Part shown: positions 7,762-16,443 of the stretch, in pieces
Layout: each line of letters opens with the position of its first letter
How positions within the stretch are numbered: position 1 is the stretch's first letter
Virus record (IMG/VR): IMGVR_UViG_3300039191_000510
Coordinates: 1 to 29,699 of that record
DNA from: a virus
Taxonomy: Duplodnaviria; Caudoviricetes
DNA length: 29,699 nt
Strand: one strand, 5' to 3'
Translations under genes and position numbers: made by a program
Notes under the pieces: model-generated
Databases searched by the model: none
What the model was told of the DNA's origin: nothing
What the model saw: only the letters and a program-made list of their open reading frames with translations

Positions 7762-8090
7762 CGTGCGTCGGCAGTGCGGACAAAGCGGGCATTGGTCAGA
7801 GGCCCGGCGGCCTGATGATCGCAAACGCCCTCACGTTACCTAATGAACTTGCAATCCTAACCTGTGTTAGTGGGACGCCACATTTTAAGCGGTATGAACC
7901 GCCTGTTTGCTGCGGTCGGAGGAGGGCTGCGGCGGGCACGACAGACGGAGCTCGTGCGCTTTTTACGAGAACCATTCAGTTGCGTCCAGGATTTGTAATT
8001 TTGCGATGTTTTCAAAAGTCATGTTCATGAGTTCCGTCGGTTGCCCCCCAAGGCAAGCTATTCGATGTCCTTGAATGGGAAGGGAATGAA

Positions 8091-8276
8091 ATGAACATTA
8101 TTCAGTTGAATAGGCAGCTGATCGAGGTCGAGCGTCTGATTGCTTCGGATGGCTATGAAGCGAAAACGCAAGGCATGGTTCTATTGCGCGATCTGATCGC
8201 CACCTCGACGCCGAGGCCCGTCCCCACGCTCCGATTGGTTGATGACGATAATCGTTTCAACAACAAGCCTGTGTGA
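8091..8276 (+). CDS. Hypothetical protein, 61 aa, in a lower-GC patch
   Basis: Purine-rich GGGAAGGGA upstream of ATG. Plausible helical protein with a LRLV motif near the C-terminus. No family recognised. Confidence 0.55.
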   Translation: MNIIQLNRQLIEVERLIASDGYEAKTQGMVLLRDLIATSTPRPVPTLRLVDDDNRFNNKPV

Positions 8277-8469
8277 ACGCGGTCGATAGGAACCACGATT
8301 CACGAGACGACCGCTCGGCACCTTGCCGCTCCGGCCCGTTTGCGGCATAACGCCTCCTCAGTCTCATCTTGAAAAAAAGATCGATCAGGGCTCCAAGCCG
8401 TCACCTGACCCTTTTGGTCGGACTTGGCGGATCCCCAATCAGCCTGACCGGCGGCAGCGTGGGATCGTG

Positions 8470-9024
8470 TCACGCGATTCGATGCACCGTTCCTCGTCCT
8501 TGTTCCTTCGCTGAAGTGATCGCGAGACCGAGCTTCTTCTTGAGCCCGCCCGAGATCATGCCTCTCGCTGAATGCGGCGCCCATCCCGTCACCTCGACGA
8601 TCTCACCAATGGACGCCCCCTCGGGCCGCTGAAGCAGCGTGATGATCTGGGCCTGTTTCGTGCCTGCCCGGACGGCGACGGGTTTTGGGGCATCGGTCGA
8701 TTGGGGCGTCGGCGCGGGATCCGGCCTGGCCTTGCGCGGATTGGTCACCGTGTTGGCCGCGACCGGCTCGATCCCGATCGCTTCGAGCCCGGCCTCGGTG
8801 GCGACGAGCGTGGTGCCATGACCATCGCCGGTCTCGCGCCAGAGCGGATCACCGCGGCGCAGGTCGGCCTCGACCTCTTGGAGCCAGCCGCGCGCGATCA
8901 TCGCGGCGACAGACTTCTTCGCGGCGGCCCCGTGCAGCCCGTCGGGCAGTGGCATGGCCAGATTGCCGGGACGGGTGGCCGCGCGGCTGAGGACGATGGA
9001 CTGGGTATCGGTGAGTTTTGGCAT
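8470..9024 (-). CDS. DUF3489-like protein (C-terminal winged helix)
   Basis: MPKLTDTQSIVLSRA N-terminus and RAGTKQAQIITLLQRPEGASIGEIVEVTGWAPHSARGMISG..KKKLGL C-terminus. Confidence 0.85.
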   Translation of the reverse strand: MPKLTDTQSIVLSRAATRPGNLAMPLPDGLHGAAAKKSVAAMIARGWLQEVEADLRRGDPLWRETGDGHGTTLVATEAGLEAIGIEPVAANTVTNPRKARPDPAPTPQSTDAPKPVAVRAGTKQAQIITLLQRPEGASIGEIVEVTGWAPHSARGMISGGLKKKLGLAITSAKEQGRGTVHRIA

Positions 9025-9123
9025 GGGAGCCTCTTGTGCTGACGGGGCGGCGCGGTATTGCGCGGCCTCCTACCGGGTGAAGCCCGCCAGTCGGCGGGCC
9101 ATCCGGGGTCAAAACCGGACGGG

Positions 9124-9429
9124 TTACTTTTCGTATTCACCCTCGCCGAAAGCGCTGTCTGTGATGCGCTTGAGCAAGCCGTTGTAGTGATCCAGCGTGC
9201 CGACCATCGCCCAGCCCACCTCGTCGGGATGGCAGTTGAAGTGGTCGTCGCTGAGTGCCTGCAGGCGCGCGAGCCTCTCGTCGATCTCTGCTTTCTTGCC
9301 GATGAAGGCGTTCAAAGCGTTCGACCGGTTCCTCGAACCGGTGGCGGAACCGGTCTCACCCTTGTTCCTTCGTGCCTTCTCGGCGCGCAGCTGGTGGCGG
9401 GGCGTGGTTTGCGGGTTCAGGCGGGTCAT
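9124..9429 (-). CDS. Conserved phage hypothetical protein with an apparent in-frame palindromic insert
   Basis: Likely start MTRLNPQTTPRHQLR after GGAG; helical core ALNAFIGKKAEIDERLARLQALSDDHF..VGWAMVGTL. Confidence 0.75.
   Translation of the reverse strand: MTRLNPQTTPRHQLRAEKARRNKGETGSATGSRNRSNALNAFIGKKAEIDERLARLQALSDDHFNCHPDEVGWAMVGTLDHYNGLLKRITDSAFGEGEYEK
9323..9355. repeat. Short palindromic (REP/RPE-like) element inside a CDS
   Basis: Perfect 10-bp inverted repeat GACCGGTTCC (9323-9332) / GGAACCGGTC (9346-9355), with three ACCGGT hexamers (9324, 9337, 9349). Confidence 0.75.
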
Positions 9430-9542
9430 GGTCTGGCTCCGTTGGGTGGGTTGCATCGCTTCCGTAGCATCATGATCGCTCTGGCGGACCGGAAAGTGTA
9501 GGCAAATCAGCATCATAAGATTGCGTTCTGCCCCGGTTCTGA

Positions 9543-9761
9543 TCAGATCAGCCCCATGCCCGCCAGCACGGTGCTGGCGGCGGCAAGCTGACTGGTGGGC
9601 AGTTCGATCTTGAGATGCGAGATCACGTCCGACGCCTCGGCATCGATCCCGGCCTCGCGCAGCGCGGCCTCGATGGTGTCGGCGACGGCGTCGGGGTTCT
9701 TGCGACTCAAAGGGTCGGGCAGCGTGTCGTGATCGATGCGGATGGTGGTGATGGCGGTCAT
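9543..9761 (-). CDS. Phage hypothetical protein, 72 aa
   Basis: GGAGA RBS, ATGA coupling to the upstream gene, high-GC3 codon use. Confidence 0.75.
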   Translation of the reverse strand: MTAITTIRIDHDTLPDPLSRKNPDAVADTIEAALREAGIDAEASDVISHLKIELPTSQLAAASTVLAGMGLI

Positions 9762-9952
9762 GCGGTGTCTCCGTGCTGCTGTTCCATCATGGCCACGATG
9801 GCGCAGGCCATCCCGCCGAGGTATTCGCTGCGGCGAAAGACGATCTCGTCTATGTCGTTTGCCGTGGTGATCGCGGGATCGACCGCGAGGTCCTCTGCCA
9901 TATGCGGCAGCAAGCGGGCGGCCTCGGTGTTGTAGCGTTGGGCGATGGTCAT
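9758..9952 (-). CDS. Phage hypothetical protein, 64 aa
   Basis: Start reassigned to MTIAQRYN (ATG at 9952, after GGAGA); coupled to 9543..9761. Confidence 0.75.
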   Translation of the reverse strand: MTIAQRYNTEAARLLPHMAEDLAVDPAITTANDIDEIVFRRSEYLGGMACAIVAMMEQQHGDTA

Positions 9953-10075
9953 GGGCGTGTCTCCGATCAGGCTGTGTTGTCCTGATCCGAGAATCGCTCC
10001 GATCCGGAGCGTAATCAACTGAATTAGACGATCTTAACCGTTTATATTCAACGGACTAAGGGGGCGCATTGGGTC

Positions 10076-10630
10076 ATGGAAGGTCTCTCTGAGCGTGCCT
10101 ATGCCGCGCATTCCAGGCTCTCGCGCGGGGCCGTGCAGAAAGCGCGCAAGACGGGGCGGCTGGTGCTGTATCCGGACGGCTCGATCAACGCGGCCGCCTC
10201 GGATGCGCGGCGAGCAGAGATGACGGATCCGGATCAGCAGCACAGGTCCGCGGGTGGTGTCGGGAATGGCGACACGGCTGGCGCGGTTTCCGGTCCCGGC
10301 GACAGCGCCTCGTATCTGAAGGCCCGCACAGCGCTGACGGTCTACCAGGCGCAGGAGCGTCAGCTATCGATCCAGCGCAAGAAGGGCGTTCTGGTGGATC
10401 GCGCGCGGGCCGAGACGCTGGTCTTCCGCCTCGCGCGGCAGGAGCGCGATGTCTGGGTGACCTGGCCCACGCGCGTGGCCGCCTTGATGGCCGCGCAACT
10501 GGCCGCAGAGATGGAAGCCGCATCAGGGGAGGCCGTGACGATCGAGACGGCGATCCTGCAAAGGGTGCTGGAAGCGCATGTCCGAGAGCAGCTCACCGCC
10601 CTCGCAGACCTCCGGGTCTCGCTTGAATGA
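10076..10630 (+). CDS. Terminase small subunit (Nu1-like)
   Basis: N-terminal HTH-like LSERAYAAHSRLSRGAVQKARKTGRL and coiled-coil YLKART..AQERQL..KKGVLVDR. Immediately precedes and overlaps the large subunit. Confidence 0.8.
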   Translation: MEGLSERAYAAHSRLSRGAVQKARKTGRLVLYPDGSINAAASDARRAEMTDPDQQHRSAGGVGNGDTAGAVSGPGDSASYLKARTALTVYQAQERQLSIQRKKGVLVDRARAETLVFRLARQERDVWVTWPTRVAALMAAQLAAEMEAASGEAVTIETAILQRVLEAHVREQLTALADLRVSLE

Positions 10631-12620
10631 CGGACATCATGACGAGGGATTGAACGGCGACGACCTGACCGCGGACCTTGATCTCGGCTTTGAGGGCGCC
10701 GAGGTCATCCTGCGCGCCTGGCGGCGCGGCCTAGGTCCCGATCCGGATCTGACCGTGTCGGGCTGGGCGGATGCGCATCGCTGGCTGTCGTCGCGCGCCT
10801 CGGCCGAACCCGGGCGGTACCGCACCGTGCGCACGCCCTACCTGCGCGCCATCATGGATGCGCTGTCACCCGGCCACTCCGCACAGCGGATCTCGTTCAT
10901 GAAAGCCGCGCAGGTGGGCGCGACCGAGGCCGGCAACAACTGGATCGGGTTCGTGATCCACCACGCGCCGGGGCCGATGCTGGCGGTGTTGCCCACGGTG
11001 GAAATGGCCAAGCGCAGCTCGCGCGGGCGGATCGATCCGCTGATCGAGGACAGCGCGGCGCTGAAGGAGCGCGTCAGGCCCGCGCGCTCGCGGGACGCGG
11101 GCAATTCGATGCTGTCCAAGGAGTTCCCCGGCGGCATCCTCGTGCTCACCGGGGCCAACTCGGCCACCGGCCTGCGCTCGATGCCGGCGCGTTACGTGTT
11201 TCTCGACGAGGTCGATGCCTATCCGGCCTCGGCCGACGAGGAGGGTGACCCGGTCACGCTGGCCGAAGCCCGCACCACCACCTTCGCGCATCGGCGCAAG
11301 GTGTTCATGGTCTCGACGCCGACCATCCGCGGGCTGAGCCGCATCGAGCGCGAGTTCGAGGCCAGCGACCAGCGGCGGTATTTCGTGCCGTGCCCGCATT
11401 GCAAGGCGATGCAGTGGCTGCAGTTCGAGCGGCTGCGCTGGGACAAGGACCAGCCGGAGACCGCAGCCTACCATTGCGAGGGCTGCGCGCGCCCCATCGC
11501 CGAGCATCACAAGACGGCGATGCTGGAACGGGGCGAGTGGCGGGCAACAGCGACGGCGACGGACCCGACGGCCATCGGGTTCCACCTCTCGGCGCTCTAC
11601 TCACCGATCGGCTGGAAAAGCTGGGCGCAGATCGCGCGCGACTGGCTGGCAGCACAAGGCTCGGACGAGATGCTGCGCGCGGCGCGCAACACGCTGCTGG
11701 GCGAGACATGGGTCGAGAGCGGCGAGGCGCCGGACTGGCAGCGGCTCGCGGACCGGCGCGAGACCTATCCGGCACAGATCCCGGAACAGGGTCTGTTCCT
11801 GACCGCCGGCGCGGATGTGCAGAAGGATCGCATCGAGGTCGATGTCTGGGCCTGGGGTCGAGGTCTGGAAAGCTGGCTCGTGGATCACATCGTGATCCCG
11901 GGTGGGCCTGACGATCCCGCCTGCTGGGAGACGCTGACGGCACTGCTGGGCCGTACATGGACGCACGAGAAGGGCGCGGTCATGACATTGGCGAAACTCG
12001 CCATCGATACCGGCTACGAGTCCGCCGCCGTCCATGCCTGGGCGCGTCAGCAGGGCACGGCGCAGGTGGCGCCGGTCAAGGGGCTGGAAGGCTTCAACCG
12101 GGCGACGCCGGTCTCGGGGCCGACCTTCGTCGATGCCACGGTAAACGGCCGCAAGCTGAAACGCGGCGCGCGGCTCTGGAGCGTGGCCACCGCCACCTTC
12201 AAGGCCGAGACCTATCGCTATCTGCGGCTGGAGCGCGCGACAGAGGAAGAGGCACCCAACCCGGCCGGCACGATCCACCTGCCTGACTGGGCCGACAGCG
12301 AATGGCTGAAACAGCTGGTCGCCGAGCAGCTGGTCACGATCCGCAACAAGCGCGGCTACGCCCGGCAGGAATGGCAGAAGATGCGCGAGCGCAACGAGGC
12401 GCTCGATATCCGCATCTATGCAAGGGCTGCGGCGTGGATCCTCGGCGCGGACCGGTTCGACGCGCGGATGTGGCAGAGCCTCGAGAAACAGGCCGGGGTG
12501 GAGACCGCCACCCCCGAGCCGGACGCGGCACCCGAGACACCCACCGAGCCGCAAGCGGGGCGCGTGACCACACCCCGGCGACGCGGCTGGCGGGTGAGCA
12601 CGCCCAAGTACATGGAATGA
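10623..12620 (+). CDS. Terminase large subunit, lambda GpA family
   Basis: Walker A-like KAAQVGAT, Walker B VFLDEVD, VSTPT, CPHC..CEGC Zn motif, LTAGADVQKDR nuclease motif, RNEALD. Start uncertain (TTG 10623 preferred over 10578). Confidence 0.95.
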   Translation: MNDGHHDEGLNGDDLTADLDLGFEGAEVILRAWRRGLGPDPDLTVSGWADAHRWLSSRASAEPGRYRTVRTPYLRAIMDALSPGHSAQRISFMKAAQVGATEAGNNWIGFVIHHAPGPMLAVLPTVEMAKRSSRGRIDPLIEDSAALKERVRPARSRDAGNSMLSKEFPGGILVLTGANSATGLRSMPARYVFLDEVDAYPASADEEGDPVTLAEARTTTFAHRRKVFMVSTPTIRGLSRIEREFEASDQRRYFVPCPHCKAMQWLQFERLRWDKDQPETAAYHCEGCARPIAEHHKTAMLERGEWRATATATDPTAIGFHLSALYSPIGWKSWAQIARDWLAAQGSDEMLRAARNTLLGETWVESGEAPDWQRLADRRETYPAQIPEQGLFLTAGADVQKDRIEVDVWAWGRGLESWLVDHIVIPGGPDDPACWETLTALLGRTWTHEKGAVMTLAKLAIDTGYESAAVHAWARQQGTAQVAPVKGLEGFNRATPVSGPTFVDATVNGRKLKRGARLWSVATATFKAETYRYLRLERATEEEAPNPAGTIHLPDWADSEWLKQLVAEQLVTIRNKRGYARQEWQKMRERNEALDIRIYARAAAWILGADRFDARMWQSLEKQAGVETATPEPDAAPETPTEPQAGRVTTPRRRGWRVSTPKYME

Positions 12621-12832
12621 GCATGACCCTCGACGATCTCAAACGCCACCACGGCGCGCTGCTGACCGCGCGCTACAGCGGCACGCGCAGCGTGAGCTAT
12701 GACGGCAAGACCGTGACCTATGGTTCGGACGCGGAACTGGCGGCCGCGATCGCGGATATCGAGCGCCGGATTGCGGCGCTGGACCGCACCGGCCGTCGCA
12801 TCCTCCGCCCCTATGCCGCAAAGGATCTGTGA
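12617..12832 (+). CDS. Head-tail joining protein, gpW-like
   Basis: Sits between terminase and portal. ARYSGTRSVSYDGKTVTYGSDAELAAAIADIE. ATGA overlap at 12617. Confidence 0.85.
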   Translation: MSMTLDDLKRHHGALLTARYSGTRSVSYDGKTVTYGSDAELAAAIADIERRIAALDRTGRRILRPYAAKDL

Positions 12833-14364
12833 TGACCGCGATGAACTGGCGGCAACGCCTCGGGGCCTTCATCGGCGGGTTCGACGCAGGCCAGCACCAC
12901 CGTCGGCTGCGCGGGTTCCGCGCGACGCGCGCGCATGTCAATGCGCTGATTGCAGCCAGTGGTCCCGACATCACCGCCCGGGCGCGGTGGCTGGTGCGCA
13001 ACAACGGCTATGCGGTGAACGCGGTGGAAAGCTGGGCCGCCAATACCGCGGGCGACGGGATCAAGCCGATCTCGAAGATCGCCGATCCTGCACGCAAGGA
13101 AGAGCTGCAGCGGCTGTGGCTGGCCTGGACCGACGAGGCCGATGCCGAGGGGCTGACTGATTTCTACGGGCTGCAGCGCCGGGCCGCGCGCGAGGTCTTC
13201 ATCGCGGGCGAGGTGTTCTTCCGCATCCGGCTGCGGCGCACAGGCGACGGGCTGAGCGTGCCGCTGCAGCTGCAGATGCTGCCCGCGGAAATGCTGCCAC
13301 TGGAACAGAGCAGCACCGCGGCGAATGGCAACGCAATCCGTCAGGGCATCGAGTTCGACCGGATCGGGCGTCGCGTCGCCTATCACTTCCTGCGCCGTCA
13401 CCCGGGCGATAGCACGGAGCCGGGCCTTGCCGGCGAGATCACGCGAGTGCCGGCCTCCGAGGTGATCCATGTGATCGACCCGGTCGAGGGCGGTCAGCTG
13501 CGAGGCGTCTCGAAACTGGCGCCGGCCATCGTGAAGCTGTTCCTCCTCGACCAGTATGACGATGCCGAGCTCGACCGGAAGAAGGTCGCGGCGATGTATG
13601 CGATGTTCGTCACGTCGCCGGCGCCGGAAAACCCGCTGGCCCCGCCCGGCGACGAGGACGACCCGGGCGGCGTCGAGATCAGCCCCGGACAGGTGGTGCG
13701 GCTCGATCCGGGCGAGGATGTCACCGTCGGCCAGCCCGCCGATAGCGGCGCGACCTACGAGCCGTTCCAGTACCGCACGCTGCTGCAGATCTCGGCGGCG
13801 CTGGGCATCCCTTATCCGTATCTGGCCAATGACATGGTGAAGGGAAACTTCTCGAACTCGCGCCTGGCCCTGATCGAGTTCCGCCGTCGCGTCTCGGCCT
13901 GGCAGCATTCGGTGATGGTGTATCAGCTTTGCCGCCCGGTCTATGCGCGCTGGATGGATGCGGCCGTGCTGTCGGGGGCGCTGGCCCTGCCACGATACGA
14001 GACCAACCGATCCCGCCTGCTCACTGCCGACTGGCTGCCGACCAAATGGGACTGGGTCGATCCCCTGAAGGACGCCAATGCCGAGATCGCCCAGATCGAG
14101 GCGGGGCTCAAATCCCGCACGCAGGCCATCGCCGAGCGCGGCTTTGACGCCGAGCAGGTCGACCGCGAGATCGCCGCCGAACACGCCCGCGAGCGCGCAC
14201 TGGGCCTCGACTTCCGCCGTCCGGGATCGCCCGCACAGGGCGCGGAGGGCGCAGCGGACGTGCCGGTTGACGGGGATGATCGAGACGGGACCCCGTCTGA
14301 CGACGCCGACGACGATGACCACACCGCGGAGACCCGCCCGCGCCCAAACGAGGACCAGCCCTGA
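12832..14364 (+). CDS. Portal protein, lambda family
   Basis: ARARWLVRNNGYA, GIEFDRIGRRVAYHF, GQLRGVS, NFSNSRLALIEFRR, WDWVDPLKD. Confidence 0.95.
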   Translation: MTAMNWRQRLGAFIGGFDAGQHHRRLRGFRATRAHVNALIAASGPDITARARWLVRNNGYAVNAVESWAANTAGDGIKPISKIADPARKEELQRLWLAWTDEADAEGLTDFYGLQRRAAREVFIAGEVFFRIRLRRTGDGLSVPLQLQMLPAEMLPLEQSSTAANGNAIRQGIEFDRIGRRVAYHFLRRHPGDSTEPGLAGEITRVPASEVIHVIDPVEGGQLRGVSKLAPAIVKLFLLDQYDDAELDRKKVAAMYAMFVTSPAPENPLAPPGDEDDPGGVEISPGQVVRLDPGEDVTVGQPADSGATYEPFQYRTLLQISAALGIPYPYLANDMVKGNFSNSRLALIEFRRRVSAWQHSVMVYQLCRPVYARWMDAAVLSGALALPRYETNRSRLLTADWLPTKWDWVDPLKDANAEIAQIEAGLKSRTQAIAERGFDAEQVDREIAAEHARERALGLDFRRPGSPAQGAEGAADVPVDGDDRDGTPSDDADDDDHTAETRPRPNEDQP

Positions 14365-15866
14365 TGCTTCACGCCCGCATTGCCGCGCGCGCCTTCAACA
14401 CGCCGCTGCTGGTCGAGCCCGCCAAGGCCATGGCGTTCCTGTCGGGGCTTGGACCCCGCATCCTGGGGCGTCGGGTCGAGATGACGAACGAGGGTGACGC
14501 TCTGGAAAGTGCAACGCGATTGCCTGCCCATGCGAGCATCATTGCCAAGGGCCTGCTCGGTGATTTTCAGGAGCATGGAGAGGCCCCCTATCCGGTCATC
14601 GACGGGATCGCCGTGATCGAAATCTCCGGCGTGCTGATCCATCGCGGTGGCTGGATCGGGGAGTCCTCAGGCCAGACCAGCTATGAGGGCATCGCCGTCC
14701 AGATCGAGGCGGCCGCCAGCGATCCTGCTGTGCGCGGGGTTGCATTGGAGATCGACAGCTTCGGCGGTGAAGTCGCAGGGGTCTTCGATCTGGCAGACCG
14801 GATCCGCGCGCTGCGGCGCGACAAGCCGGTCTGGGCCTTTGTGGCCGAACACGCCTTCTCGGCTGGCTACGCGCTGGCCAGCCAGGCGGACCGCATCCTG
14901 CTGCCGCGCACCGGCGCGGTCGGCAGCATCGGGGTCGTCGTCATGCATGCGGACCTGAGCGGCCAGCTCGATCAGGACGGTGTGCAGGTCACGCTGATCC
15001 ATGCAGGCGCCCACAAGGTCGACGGCAATCCCTACGCGCCGCTGCCCGAAAGCGTCCGTGACGACATCCAGAGCGAGATCGATGTGCTGCGGTTTCTCTT
15101 CGCCGAGACCGTCGCCGCGGGTCGCGCCGGGCCCCTGAGCCAGGACGCCGCGCTCGCGACCGAGGCCGCGATCTATCGCGGGACCGATGCTGTCGCCGCG
15201 GGGCTGGCCGACGAGGTCACCGATCTCGCAGCCGGCTTTGCCAGTTTTCGCGCGCATGTCGACCGCGCGAACACGCTGCCGCGTCCGCGCGTGCAATTCG
15301 CTCAACCATCCCGATCCAGCCCCCAAACCACCACCCGAAAGGAGACCGCCATGGCCCAAGAGACCGACAATGATGACACCGCGCAGGAGATCACCACGGA
15401 TGCGCAGGACCCGAAGGATGCCGCTTCGAATGTCCCGGCCGATGGCTCGGTCAACGCCGAACATGATGAGGCGCCGGCCGCCAGGATGCCCGCAGCGCCT
15501 GCCTCGGAGAGCCCGGCACCGCCCGCCGCACCAGTTGCCCCTGAAGCATCAGCCACCACCACGCCGGCAGCAACTCACCCCGGCAACCTGGCCGAGCTCT
15601 CGGCGCAGCTGCGCCAGGAGGCGGCGGAGATCACCGAGATCGCCGCTCAGGCGGGCCGCCTCGGCATCGCCATTGATGCGGCCAAGGCGCTGCGCGAGGG
15701 CACGACCCCCGAGGCCCTGCGCAGCCTCGTGCTCCAACGCGCCAGTGCCGCTGCCGATGCCCGCGACGTTGTGGCGGCGCCGCTCTCGCCGGTCCTGCCA
15801 CAGGCGACGGAAAGCCCGCTCATCGCGGCGGCAAAGCGGGACGCAGCCGCGGGCAAACGCACCTGA
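14364..15866 (+). CDS. S49-family prohead protease (gpC-like) with C-terminal scaffold region
   Basis: LEIDSFGGEV, AFSAGYALASQA, GAVGSIGVV, AGAHKVDGNPY, GLADEV, followed by a low-complexity A/P/D/T region. Confidence 0.93.
   Translation: MLHARIAARAFNTPLLVEPAKAMAFLSGLGPRILGRRVEMTNEGDALESATRLPAHASIIAKGLLGDFQEHGEAPYPVIDGIAVIEISGVLIHRGGWIGESSGQTSYEGIAVQIEAAASDPAVRGVALEIDSFGGEVAGVFDLADRIRALRRDKPVWAFVAEHAFSAGYALASQADRILLPRTGAVGSIGVVVMHADLSGQLDQDGVQVTLIHAGAHKVDGNPYAPLPESVRDDIQSEIDVLRFLFAETVAAGRAGPLSQDAALATEAAIYRGTDAVAAGLADEVTDLAAGFASFRAHVDRANTLPRPRVQFAQPSRSSPQTTTRKETAMAQETDNDDTAQEITTDAQDPKDAASNVPADGSVNAEHDEAPAARMPAAPASESPAPPAAPVAPEASATTTPAATHPGNLAELSAQLRQEAAEITEIAAQAGRLGIAIDAAKALREGTTPEALRSLVLQRASAAADARDVVAAPLSPVLPQATESPLIAAAKRDAAAGKRT
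15351..15866 (+). CDS. Putative nested in-frame scaffold protein (Nu3-like)
   Basis: Strong internal RBS AAGGAG 6 nt before in-frame ATG 15351 (MAQETDND). Lambda Nu3 is nested in gene C in the same way. Confidence 0.65.
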   Translation: MAQETDNDDTAQEITTDAQDPKDAASNVPADGSVNAEHDEAPAARMPAAPASESPAPPAAPVAPEASATTTPAATHPGNLAELSAQLRQEAAEITEIAAQAGRLGIAIDAAKALREGTTPEALRSLVLQRASAAADARDVVAAPLSPVLPQATESPLIAAAKRDAAAGKRT

Positions 15867-15915
15867 CGCCCCAGCTGCGCCTGGACCTACCTCCCGACAA
15901 ACCAATGCCCGACCG

Positions 15916-15957
15916 ATCCCCCCGCCGCACCACTCCGGCAGGGGATTTCCCTTCTCT
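15916..15957 (+). terminator. Hairpin between protease and decoration genes (weak terminator or mRNA-stability element)
   Basis: ATCCCC..GCCG-loop-CGGC-AGGGGAT followed by TTCCCTTCTCT. The U-tract is imperfect. Confidence 0.35.
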
Positions 15958-15980
15958 CATGGCCCTGAAGGATCCCCGAC

Positions 15981-16361
15981 ATGCCCGTTCTGACCCAACC
16001 GCCCACCATGGGCGATGTCCTCAAATACGAGGTCAACCCGAATTACACCCGTGAAACCGTCCCGCTGCTCGCCGGCATGGCCTATCCCGTCGGGTCGGTG
16101 CTGGGCCGCATCACTGCCAGCGGCAAGTACAAGCTCGGCACCTCCGGCGGCTCGGACGGCGCGCAGACCGCCGGGGCCGTGCTGCTCTACGCGGTCGATG
16201 CCACGCTCGCCGATGCCGTCGGCGTGGTGCTTGTGCGCGGCCCCGCCATCGTGTCGCGCGCCGCGCTGGCCTACGACGGCACCGTCGACGACGCGACCAA
16301 GATCACCACCAAGATCAGCCAGCTGGCAGCCCTCGGGATCATTGCCCGCGACACCGCCTGA
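15981..16361 (+). CDS. Head decoration protein (lambda gpD-like)
   Basis: 126 aa between protease and capsid; GSVLGRITASGKY..DGAQTAGAVLL. AAGGA RBS. Confidence 0.9.
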   Translation: MPVLTQPPTMGDVLKYEVNPNYTRETVPLLAGMAYPVGSVLGRITASGKYKLGTSGGSDGAQTAGAVLLYAVDATLADAVGVVLVRGPAIVSRAALAYDGTVDDATKITTKISQLAALGIIARDTA

Positions 16362-16443
16362 TCGGGCCGCGAGCGCCGCCTCGTGCTGAGCACCGCCTCA
16401 CGCTTCTGCCCTGTTTCCCGCCCCTCTTTCCCCGGAGATCTCC

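Noticed and set aside
7857-7870. CTAAC-ctgt-GTTAG palindrome resembling integron attC core sites
   Set aside because: Far too short for an attC, with no L boxes and no integron integrase.
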